Positions 37,904 through 45,824 of a DNA stretch of 45,824 nt are shown one piece after another (within the stretch, counting starts at the first letter, position 1; every line of letters begins with the position of its first letter). Both the position numbers and the translations under genes were made by a program. The notes under the pieces were generated by a model. The model had not been told where the DNA came from, ran no database searches, and saw nothing but the letters and a program-made list of their open reading frames with translations. Source of the stretch: Archangium sp. (GTDB lineage: Bacteria; Myxococcota; Myxococcia; Myxococcales; Myxococcaceae); contig NZ_DASVSO010000473.1 in assembly GCF_036388035.1 (NCBI RefSeq), forward strand, positions 1 to 45,824, in the 5' to 3' direction.

Positions 37904-39619
37904 TCAGCGAGGTTGCCAGTTCACGGCGCAGCTGACCGGGCAGGGCGTGCACGTGTCCTCGTCGATGTAGCAAGACGTGCTGGTGCTGTACTGCCGAGGC
38001 TGGGCCGTGAAGACCTTGTTGGTGAGCGTGGGGGCCTCCTCCGAGCAGAAGAGGGAAGGGCCGCGCTCCGTATAGGTACAGGTCGCCAGGTCGAACCAGG
38101 CCGTCACGTTCGGATCGCTCGGGCTGACCCAATACCGGTCTCGCGACCAATCCTGGATGGGGAAACTGCGCAAGTGCGTGGGGTAGCTGGACACGCTGCA
38201 CGGGCCGAGAGCCCACCAGCCGGCCATCTCGCACGGGTCGTTGCAGCGCAGCACCGCGCGGATTCGCACCTTGGCCGGCCGCATGTCGGCCCCCGGCTGG
38301 TGGATGACGGTGAACTCGAAGGCCGTGTCGGGCGCCTGCTGGCACCGCTCGGATTTGAATTGCAGGCCCAGCGCGGTGCCCGAGCCGGTCATGCGGATGT
38401 GCGCCACGGACGTGGCCGACTCCACGCTGACGGAGGCGGCGTCCACCGGCATCAGCCTCACCCGCTCCGGGACTGCCTCCAGGTCGATCGGCATGGGGAG
38501 CGGGTCGGACAAGTAGGCATTCACCCCCGCGAGTTTGTGGCGCATCTCCTGATACTCAGCCACGAGCGGCTCGAGCGCTGGAGACGTGCTCGTGAGGTCC
38601 GCGGCGCTCAGGTTCTTCAAGGGGAGCGAGAGGCTGACGTCCCGGGAGATGGCGTGCAGGAAGACGGGGGGCTGGCCCACCGCCGCCGCGCGCACCTCGC
38701 GCGTGGCGTCCGTCAGGCCCTCGAGCGGGAGCGAGTGCCCCTGGTCCTCCGTGGTGCTTCCCGTGCCGTCCTCAGCCTGGAAGAACTCGTTGTAGAGGGC
38801 CTTATAGTCCCTCTGCAGCGCGGGGAATTCTCTCGTAGCATAGCGGACGGTCACGGCGCCGGCGGCGAGGCAGAGCGGGGGGAGTTCCGCGCATACCACG
38901 GCGCCGCCGACGACGGTGGCGGCGATGATTCCGATGGACACCATCACCTTGGCCGAGCGCGTGAGGATTCTGCGCGTCGTGGCATACCAGTCGAAGCGCA
39001 GGGAGGAGTACGGCGCGACGTGGCTGCTGGCGAAGTCGTCGTCCAGCAGCCCGTTCGTGGCGAGCAACTGCGCCACCTGCGCTCGCGTCTCGGGAGAAGC
39101 CCTGCTGAGGTCCACCTGGAGCCGCTTGAGATAGACGTCCGCGAGTTCCGCCACGAGCTGCGTGTCCGCGGAGGCCCGCAGCACCTCCACCTCCGATGCG
39201 CTCTGGGCGAGGAACGCCTCGAGCTTCACCTCCGGAGCCTCGACCACCAGCGGCGCCGCGATGTCGAGTTCCAGCGGAGAGAATGCAGCGCCTCCCCCTT
39301 GCGTCACCTGCAACGAGTGCCTGCCCGCCGGCAGCGGCGGCACGATGAGGACGAGCTCGCGCTCGGTCTGGGCCACCAGCGTGACCGCCGCCTCCCCCAG
39401 CCGCCCCTCATAGCTGCCGCTCAGGCCACCCTCAGCCGCCTCGAGCGCGAGCAAACTCAGGGGCCGCACCAGCTCGCTGCCCACCTGCCGAAGCGCTCGC
39501 GGCCGGGCCCCGGCCGGCTCGGAGTGCGGCGGGTTGGGACGCTCGGGCCCTGACACATCGCAACCGGGACAGACGAACAGCACGAAGGCCAGCAGTAGGC
39601 TGGTCCACAAGACACGCAT
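37904..39619 (-). CDS. Hypothetical lipoprotein with internal hydrophobic segment and Cys-rich C-terminus
   Basis: Signal ending VCPGC; 571-aa ORF with GC3-rich codons. Confidence 0.7.
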   Translation of the reverse strand: MRVLWTSLLLAFVLFVCPGCDVSGPERPNPPHSEPAGARPRALRQVGSELVRPLSLLALEAAEGGLSGSYEGRLGEAAVTLVAQTERELVLIVPPLPAGRHSLQVTQGGGAAFSPLELDIAAPLVVEAPEVKLEAFLAQSASEVEVLRASADTQLVAELADVYLKRLQVDLSRASPETRAQVAQLLATNGLLDDDFASSHVAPYSSLRFDWYATTRRILTRSAKVMVSIGIIAATVVGGAVVCAELPPLCLAAGAVTVRYATREFPALQRDYKALYNEFFQAEDGTGSTTEDQGHSLPLEGLTDATREVRAAAVGQPPVFLHAISRDVSLSLPLKNLSAADLTSTSPALEPLVAEYQEMRHKLAGVNAYLSDPLPMPIDLEAVPERVRLMPVDAASVSVESATSVAHIRMTGSGTALGLQFKSERCQQAPDTAFEFTVIHQPGADMRPAKVRIRAVLRCNDPCEMAGWWALGPCSVSSYPTHLRSFPIQDWSRDRYWVSPSDPNVTAWFDLATCTYTERGPSLFCSEEAPTLTNKVFTAQPRQYSTSTSCYIDEDTCTPCPVSCAVNWQPR

Positions 39620-39831
39620 GAGGGTGGCTCCGCTCGGAGGATAGGTCTCGCGGAGGTGTTGCCGCCGCAGGCACGCACGAATCCTCTGAGCGGCGGCTCG
39701 TCGGTGTCAATCCCGCGAGACAGGCTCGCCCCGTCGCACGGCGAGCGCGCTGGCACTCCGCCGAAGGTGTCAGACGACTCGTAGGGCGCGAGGCGTCGGA
39801 ACGAGTCCTTTGACACCTTGCCCAGCTCGGG

Positions 39832-41871
39832 TCAGGGCCGCGGCGTCACCCGCCACACGCGCTCGGCCTGCGCCGAGCCCCAGGTGAGCCGCAGCGTCGC
39901 CTCCCCGGGCGCGACGCCCTCCAGGCACAGGCCGTCCTTGAAGGCCCTGGGGCTGAACACCAGGGCGTCACCGCCGAGCGACACCCGTGGCCGCGCCGGG
40001 GGCCGCCCGAGGATCGCCACCCCGCCCTCGCCCAGCGGCACGGCGGCCTCCGCGCAGGCGCTCTGGCCCTGCACGACGGCCTCCGCCTTGAAGGCGCCAA
40101 TCCCCAGGATGGCCGAGGCGTCCCGCACCTTGATGGTCAGGGTATTTGGAGCCAGGGGCGAGGACACGGTCAGCGTGTGCGGGCCGCGGCCCGTCGCCAG
40201 GGCATCGGGGTCACGCACACTGGAGAGGGCCCCCGGGTCATCGGTCTCGATGCGCAGGGGGCCGCTCCCATGGAGGGGCGTGCCGTTCTGCCGCTGGTAG
40301 CGCGCCGTCAGCGTGGCCTCCGAGCGGACGAACAGCTCCACCGGCGAGCCGGTCCTCGACGGGCCTCCGTCCGGGCGAAGGGTGTAGACCACGCGGTCCA
40401 CCCGCCGGGCCTCGACGTCCAGCTCCCCCGTGTCATCCAGGTTGTCGGCGCGGAAGGCCAGCCCGTGCGTGCCCTCGGCCAGCGGCGTCACCGTCATCAG
40501 CACCTCCGAGCCCACGCAGCCCCGGTTCTCCAGCCCCAGCCCCGCGCTCCGCCTGGGAGGAAAGACGCTCCAGTCCCACGCGGGGTCCTGCTCGTAGGTG
40601 AGGTGCTGCGGCGGCCCCAGCGAGATGGGAATGGGCGTGGGGTTGAGGCCCAGCTGCAACGACAGCAGGAGCCGCGTCGTCAGGCCGACGCCCACGGGCG
40701 CCTCCTCGGCCACCACGCCCCCGTCCGTGGCGGCGGGGTCTCGGTGTTGGATGCGCCAGTCGGAGTCGATGTAGCAGTCCCCGTCCAGGTACCAGGGCGC
40801 CTCGCACCGTCCATCCGAGACGCTCCCCGGACAGGCGCCACCGGCCGGCACGGGCAGTGACAGCTCCACCCCTTCCTCGGAGACCACCGGCCCGATGACG
40901 GGGGGCACGCCTCCATCCGGGACGGCCCCGGTGAAGGGCCGCGTCACGCCCCGCCCGCCCACCCGCCGCGCGTCCACGTCACAGCTCCCGGCGCCCACCA
41001 GCTCGAACTTGAAGGCGCCGCTCCCGAGGCGGACCGGCATGGGCCCGGCGATCTCCACCCCCGACAGGAGCGGCGCGCACCCCTCTCCCGTCACGGTCAC
41101 CACCGCCCGGTCGTCCGGGGCGTGGACGCAGACCGGGGTGCCCCCCACCGCGGCGCCCAGGATGATGGCGCGAGGCTGTGTCCCTCGCGCCGCCTCCTCC
41201 GTCAGCGTCAGGTCCAGGGCGTCCGGGGTGAAGACGAGGAACTGCGCGGAGCCGCCGCCCGCGAGCGTCCAGGCGTACATTCCAGGCTCGGTGGGAGCAA
41301 TGGCCACGCCCTTGCCGTCCACCGGCTCCGTCAGCATGAAGCCCGGCGCTTCCACCAGGGAGAGGTCTCCTGTCGTCAGCCCCGTGTCACCGGCGTTCGC
41401 GTAGATGTCGAACTCGAAGCGGCTGCCCGCGGCGACGGGACGGGGGCGCTGGGAGAACCGGTCGGCGCACGGCAGCCCGAGTTCCGTCCGGGTGACCTCC
41501 AGCGCCTGGAGCCGGACCTCCACGGACTGGGCCTGGCCCCGCTCATCGACATACTCCACCGTGAGCGTCCCCCGCCCTGGGGCCTTCGCCCTCACGCGGA
41601 TGAGCGCGGCCCCGGCCTCCACCCGCTGCTCTCCCAGCTCGAAGTCGTCGCCGGACAGGGAGGCCCGGGTCAGGCTCTCGAGGTCCCAGTCCGTGCAGAG
41701 CCGCACCGGGGGCGCGTTGATGCACTCGCCCACGGACACCGTCACCTCCGCGCCGACGGGGAGGGTGAAGACCTCGTCATCCTCCCCGGACGGCGAACGC
41801 AAGTCGTCATCACAGCCGAGGGCTGGCAGCACCATCACCAGCAGCAGGAGGACACAGGCGGGACGAAGCAT
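39832..41871 (-). CDS. Hypothetical lipoprotein, beta-rich/Ig-like
   Basis: MLRPACVLLLLVMVLPALGC lipobox; about 680 codons. Confidence 0.7.
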   Translation of the reverse strand: MLRPACVLLLLVMVLPALGCDDDLRSPSGEDDEVFTLPVGAEVTVSVGECINAPPVRLCTDWDLESLTRASLSGDDFELGEQRVEAGAALIRVRAKAPGRGTLTVEYVDERGQAQSVEVRLQALEVTRTELGLPCADRFSQRPRPVAAGSRFEFDIYANAGDTGLTTGDLSLVEAPGFMLTEPVDGKGVAIAPTEPGMYAWTLAGGGSAQFLVFTPDALDLTLTEEAARGTQPRAIILGAAVGGTPVCVHAPDDRAVVTVTGEGCAPLLSGVEIAGPMPVRLGSGAFKFELVGAGSCDVDARRVGGRGVTRPFTGAVPDGGVPPVIGPVVSEEGVELSLPVPAGGACPGSVSDGRCEAPWYLDGDCYIDSDWRIQHRDPAATDGGVVAEEAPVGVGLTTRLLLSLQLGLNPTPIPISLGPPQHLTYEQDPAWDWSVFPPRRSAGLGLENRGCVGSEVLMTVTPLAEGTHGLAFRADNLDDTGELDVEARRVDRVVYTLRPDGGPSRTGSPVELFVRSEATLTARYQRQNGTPLHGSGPLRIETDDPGALSSVRDPDALATGRGPHTLTVSSPLAPNTLTIKVRDASAILGIGAFKAEAVVQGQSACAEAAVPLGEGGVAILGRPPARPRVSLGGDALVFSPRAFKDGLCLEGVAPGEATLRLTWGSAQAERVWRVTPRP

Positions 41872-41920
41872 GGACTGGGAGTGTACCCGAGCCCGCCCGT
41901 GCGTACCTGCCCAGTCCTTG

Positions 41921-42976
41921 CTAGGTACCGGGCTGCACGGAGATCTGCACGCGCCCGTAGTTGTCACCGACGGGCTTGTCGATGTTGCGCACCTGCAACG
42001 CGTTGCCCTCTCCCGTCAGCTCGTAGGTGTACTTGTGCTCGGCGTTGAAGGCATCCTGGGTGGTCGGGTGCTTCCAGGTCTTTCCCCCGTCCAGGCTCAC
42101 CTCGATGAGGGCACTCTTCCGGGGAGCCGGCTCCGTGCTCTTGTCGAGCGAGGAGCCACTGGGCCACGCGAACATGAACTCGGGGTCGAGGCCCACCTGC
42201 TTGTTCTCTCCCTTCGCGCTCGGGAACATGGGCGTGGGCTCCGGCTTGCTAGACCTCTTGCCCTGGCCGGCGAAGCCAGACCACATGCTGTAGGTGCCCT
42301 GCAGCGTGAGGCGATACGGCTTGCCCTGCTCGAGCACCATCTTGGTGGTGATGGGGGTGTTGCTCTGGTTCTCGAGCCACAGCTGCTCCGCGGCGGCCTG
42401 CGTGCCGGGCACGCCGCTGTCGGGCACGCCGCTGTCGGGCACACCACTCGAGTCCTGGGAAATGACCCGGACGTCATCGATGAGCCCGCCCACCCCGTTC
42501 TTGACGCCGAGATCCTCGAAGCGCAGCTCGGTGCTGGCGCTGGTGGCGCTCACGCGGTAGGTGAAGCGTTTCCAGGTCGTGCCTTTGGTACCCGCGCCGT
42601 TCATGTCCAGCACGGCGAGCTGCTGGCCGTTCCAGTAGACGCCAATGCGGTTATCGGGGATGCCGGGCCGAGGCGAGAAGGAGAGGCTGAGCTCATAGAC
42701 GCCGCCGGGGCGGGTGTTCAGGTCCTGCGCAATCGACGAGGGAGCGTTCGAGTCGAGTTCCACGTGCTGGGCGCCGTCCAGCGGGCTCCAGCCCACGTTG
42801 CCCGTCTGGATCTCGGGCCCGGGACCCGAGACGGTCCGCCAGCCGGGGATGGTTGGGCGCACGGCCCAGGGCTGACCGAGTTTGGGATCCTCGAAGCTGC
42901 CATTGACCACGATGGACTGCTGGGCGTGGGCGGCGGTGGCGCTGAACAGCAGGGCGGTAAGTAGAGGGGTTCTCAT
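41921..42976 (-). CDS. Secreted DUF642/galactose-binding-like domain protein
   Basis: Signal AHA; VVNGSFEDP, IPGW, DGAQHVELD, IAQDL, IDDV. Confidence 0.75.
   Translation of the reverse strand: MRTPLLTALLFSATAAHAQQSIVVNGSFEDPKLGQPWAVRPTIPGWRTVSGPGPEIQTGNVGWSPLDGAQHVELDSNAPSSIAQDLNTRPGGVYELSLSFSPRPGIPDNRIGVYWNGQQLAVLDMNGAGTKGTTWKRFTYRVSATSASTELRFEDLGVKNGVGGLIDDVRVISQDSSGVPDSGVPDSGVPGTQAAAEQLWLENQSNTPITTKMVLEQGKPYRLTLQGTYSMWSGFAGQGKRSSKPEPTPMFPSAKGENKQVGLDPEFMFAWPSGSSLDKSTEPAPRKSALIEVSLDGGKTWKHPTTQDAFNAEHKYTYELTGEGNALQVRNIDKPVGDNYGRVQISVQPGT
42406..42450 (-). repeat. 15-bp tandem repeat x3 encoding (D/S)SGVP linker
   Basis: cgggcacgccgctgt x2 plus cgggcacaccactcg. Confidence 0.85.
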
Positions 42977-43056
42977 GATTCCTCACGCATTCGGGAGACT
43001 GGTTGGGTGGACAGGGCGCATTCCAAAGTCGCGGCGCACTGTTGCTGCTCATGTAA

Positions 43057-43072
43057 TGCAACTGCTCGGCCA
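43057..43072 (-). promoter_or_regulatory. sigma54 (-24/-12) promoter
   Basis: Minus strand TGGCCGAGCAGTTGCA: GG-N10-GC with TTGCA, about 80 nt upstream of ATG 42976. Confidence 0.7.
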
Positions 43073-43129
43073 CGCCAAGCGTGACCCGTGATGGCAGGAG
43101 AAGGTCCTCGTGAAGGGGCAATGAACGCG

Positions 43130-43150
43130 GTGTCAGCGAGCGACTGACAC
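43130..43150. promoter_or_regulatory. Perfect inverted repeat, candidate enhancer-binding-protein site
   Basis: GTGTCAG-N7-CTGACAC about 60 bp upstream of the -24 box; more GTGTCA copies at 43170 and 43184. Confidence 0.5.
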
Positions 43151-43220
43151 GTCATTGACGCGTTGTGATGTGTCACCGGAAGGGTGTCAGACAATTCATA
43201 GGGGCCCCAAGTGCCCGATA

Positions 43221-43252
43221 CCCTCACCCCGTCCCTCCCGAAATGGGTAAGG
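43221..43252 (+). repeat. Degenerate BoxC/REP-like dispersed repeat
   Basis: CCCTCACCCCGTCCCTCCC...GGGTAAGG resembles the CCCTCACCCnnnCCCTCTCCC..GGGAGAGG repeat. Confidence 0.45.
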
Positions 43253-44432
43253 TCGAAACTCGAACGGCGCCCGTGTCATCGGCTCTTGGATGAGAGGCAG
43301 CCCGTGCGTCCAGCCGGCGCCGCCAGAAATCCTCTCCCGCCCACCGTTGCTCCAGGGAGTAGTGGGCCTGGCGCGCGGACAGGTAGCGGCTGAATTCCTC
43401 CGCTTGTTGCCGCGCGTACTCCTCCAGCGCGCCGCTGTGTCCTCCCAGGGCAGCACACAAGGCCCGCGCCGCCGCGCGCCCGGTGCGCAGCGCCTTGAGG
43501 ATGCCGCTCGAGGAGAGCGGATCCCACATCGCCGCGGCGTCCCCCACCGCCACCCAGCCCTCTCCCGCCGCGTGCTCCAGGCGGCTCGTCTCGCAGCGGC
43601 GCACATGCAGCCGCGTCACCGCCTCGAGCCCGCCCACCCGCTCGCGCAGGTGCCGGGTCGAGGAGAAGAGCGCGCTCCATCCCGCCGGCCGCAAGGCGTC
43701 GTGGCGCTGGAGCACATCCACGTCGCTCAGGAGCGTGAGGATGAGGTGGCCCCCGGGCAGCGGCGCGGCGTACCACCAGCCCCGTGGCGTGGCCTCCACC
43801 ACCAGGTGCTGCTCCGGGAACCCGGGCGGCCTGTCGATGACCCCGGACACGCTGCACAGCGCATCCCAGTCGCGCCGCCGCACGCCCTGCCGCCGCGCTA
43901 CCTGGGCCGAGCGCCCGGTCGCATCCACCAGGGCCTCGCAGCGCAGCTCCGCGGGGCCCCGGGGCGTGCGGACCCGCACCCGCCACCCGTGCCCCTCGCG
44001 CTCCAGGTGGGTGACGCAGGTGTCCCGCCACAGCGGCACCTGGAGTGACTGGGCATGGCGGGCCAGCAGCGCGTCCAGGTGCCGGCGCTCCACATGCCAG
44101 CCACTCCCATAGGGATTGGCGAGGAAGGAGTGGTGGTGGGGCCGCTCCGAGCCCCAGGTGGCTTCCAGGCCATGCGACTCCAGGAAGCCCTCCGGCTCCA
44201 ACGGCTCGGGTGCCAGCAATTGCCGCAGCTCGGCCCAGGCCACCGGGGAGAGGGTCTCCCCGGGGCGCCAGGCCGAGTAGTCCGTGCGCTCCAGGACGCG
44301 GACGGAGACCCCCGCCCTCACCAGCGTGAGGGCGGCACTCAGGCCCGCCACGCCGCCTCCCACCACCACGACGCCATGGGTCGCAGTGGAGTCCATCGGG
44401 TCCGCGGGGCTGGAGGTGGGAGGAGTCTTCAT
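43224..44432 (-). CDS. LodB/GoxB-like FAD-dependent oxidoreductase
   Basis: VVGGGVAG, PGETL, GWHVERRHLD, VDATGR, GWWYAAPLP, VGDAA..DPLSSSGI, FWRRR; alternative start 44396. Confidence 0.85.
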   Translation of the reverse strand: MKTPPTSSPADPMDSTATHGVVVVGGGVAGLSAALTLVRAGVSVRVLERTDYSAWRPGETLSPVAWAELRQLLAPEPLEPEGFLESHGLEATWGSERPHHHSFLANPYGSGWHVERRHLDALLARHAQSLQVPLWRDTCVTHLEREGHGWRVRVRTPRGPAELRCEALVDATGRSAQVARRQGVRRRDWDALCSVSGVIDRPPGFPEQHLVVEATPRGWWYAAPLPGGHLILTLLSDVDVLQRHDALRPAGWSALFSSTRHLRERVGGLEAVTRLHVRRCETSRLEHAAGEGWVAVGDAAAMWDPLSSSGILKALRTGRAAARALCAALGGHSGALEEYARQQAEEFSRYLSARQAHYSLEQRWAGEDFWRRRLDARAASHPRADDTGAVRVSTLPISGGTG

Positions 44433-45776
44433 GGGGGGGCCGGGCCTGGGCGATCGCCTTCTGCGCGGGGGCAACCGCGGTCGGAGCGCGCTCCTTCTCG
44501 ATGTAGGCACCGCCCTCGTTGATGACGAAGCCGAGCTGCGACCAGTTGCGGAAGGGCGCCGCGTACAGCTCGGGCCGGCGCACCATCCAGCTGCAGTCGA
44601 TGCCAGGGAAGAAGGGGCCGCCCACGGCGTTCTCCAGCGCGGCCCGGTCGAGCCCCTCGGCGGTGAGGGTCGGGTCGATGGCGTGGGCCTTCGTCGCGTC
44701 CCAGTCCTCCTCGAACGCCCCTTCGGCCCAGCGCTTGATCAGCGCGAACTGCACCCGCGTGAGGGTCATGAAATAGCCCGGCTTCATCCCCGCGTCGGGC
44801 GCTTCGTCCGAGTAGAGGTCGCCAAACCCCTTGGGCATCAGCAGGGGCTCGAGGGCGGTGCTGAAGGGGTTGCGCAGGTAGTTGAAGATGGTCCTGCGCA
44901 GACGCTGGCCCTTGACCGAGGCCACCGTGCCGAGCTCCTGCTCCACACCCGCGAAGGTGGCATGGAAGGACTTGGAGGCCTCGGGGTTGTGGACGTGGCG
45001 GTGCCCCAGGGCGCGCTCGAGGATGGGGAACACCTCCAGCCGGCCAATCTCACGCTTGTCGGGAGCGACGCTGAAGTTGACGATCTTGGGCGCGAAGAAG
45101 CGGGAGACGAGGATCTCCTCGCTCGCACCGGCCCTCTGCACCACGACGGTCCACTGGGCGCTGGCCTGGCTCCTGGGGTCGGCGGCATTGATCGTGACCG
45201 TGTCGGCAACCGTGGCGGTGGGCGAGCAACCGTTGTACTGGCCCGTGTCCGCCTTGAGGCCGATCTTGCCATTGCCCGCGTCCACCACCTCGAAGATGGC
45301 GGCGGCCGCGGTGCCCACGTTGGTGACGTGGACGGTCACGGTGTCCGGCAGGGGGGCGACACGGGGGTCTGGCAGCCCTTGCAGCGGGCGAGGAACAAGC
45401 CCGTGTCCGCCTTGAGCGCGACCTTGCTGCCCACGGGCAGCGCCTGCGCGACGGTCGCCCTCCCCGCCATCAACGCCTCGGGCGCCGCGAACGCGACGTC
45501 CGCGGGGGTGAGCTCCTTGGACCCGAGGTAGCTCAACAGGTCCTTGGTGGTCGCCTGCTTCTCGATGGTCGCGGGCGTGAGGAAGCCCAGCTTCCTGGAG
45601 AGCTCCTTGTAGTACGCGGATGCTTCCTCCGGACTTCCATTGTTGAGGGCGCTGGCCTGGGGCGTGGAGGGGAGGGACTGCGCCAGGCCGGGCCGCGCCT
45701 GCAAGGTCAGCAGAAGGCCAAAGGCAAACAAGGAGCCTCGGCGGAGGAACGACGATGGGCGTTTGAACGGTTTCAT
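44429..45776 (-). pseudogene. Chimeric, frameshifted gene: secreted fascin/beta-trefoil-like N-terminus fused to the 3' part of a LodA/GoxA-family oxidase
   Basis: Signal peptide + KADTG repeats; frameshift near 45351-45368; then FPILERA, LRNP, MP..FGD, LT..Q...WAEG.F, LDRAALENAVGGPFFPGI, LY..PFR, WSQLGFV..EKER; no in-frame stop at the expected end. Confidence 0.75.
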
Positions 45777-45824
45777 GTCGTGGTAGGTGGCTGGGGCGGA
45801 CAGGCGCATTCCCAAGTCGCGGCG

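Noticed and set aside
43276..44428. Long C-terminal extension of the lodA-like ORF
   Set aside because: Out-of-frame overlap with lodB caused by the missing stop; R/G/A/P-rich and not protein-like

Overview
GC-rich window with a myxobacterial (Cystobacterineae-like) gene complement: three TIGR02265/DUF2378-like paralogs, HYR and Kelch repeat sequences, and a DUF3396-like immunity gene. Core genes include a tyrosine catabolism cluster (FAA hydrolase-maiA-hppD, no hmgA in the window), ygfZ, a VKOR-DsbA fusion, yciH/SUI1, an NAD-type isocitrate dehydrogenase family enzyme, LysR/ycaC, a Zn-dependent dehydrogenase and divergent ppx/ppk1. The most notable accessory items are: (i) a lipoprotein nuclease-type toxin broken by one in-frame TAG, with its intact immunity gene, abutting an orphan Kelch-gene tail; (ii) a His kinase / double-domain KaiC-like ATPase / receiver operon preceded by two copies of a perfect 18-bp palindrome; (iii) a hybrid kinase with degenerate catalytic motifs; (iv) a right-end block of secreted and lipoprotein genes sharing upstream motifs, one with a sigma54-type promoter, ending in lodB-like plus a chimeric lodA-like gene lacking both CTQ-forming residues; (v) a LysM protein with a pore-former-like tail beside a small lipoprotein. 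No rRNA, tRNA, CRISPR array or transposase was recognised. All family calls come from motif recognition by eye, not database searches.
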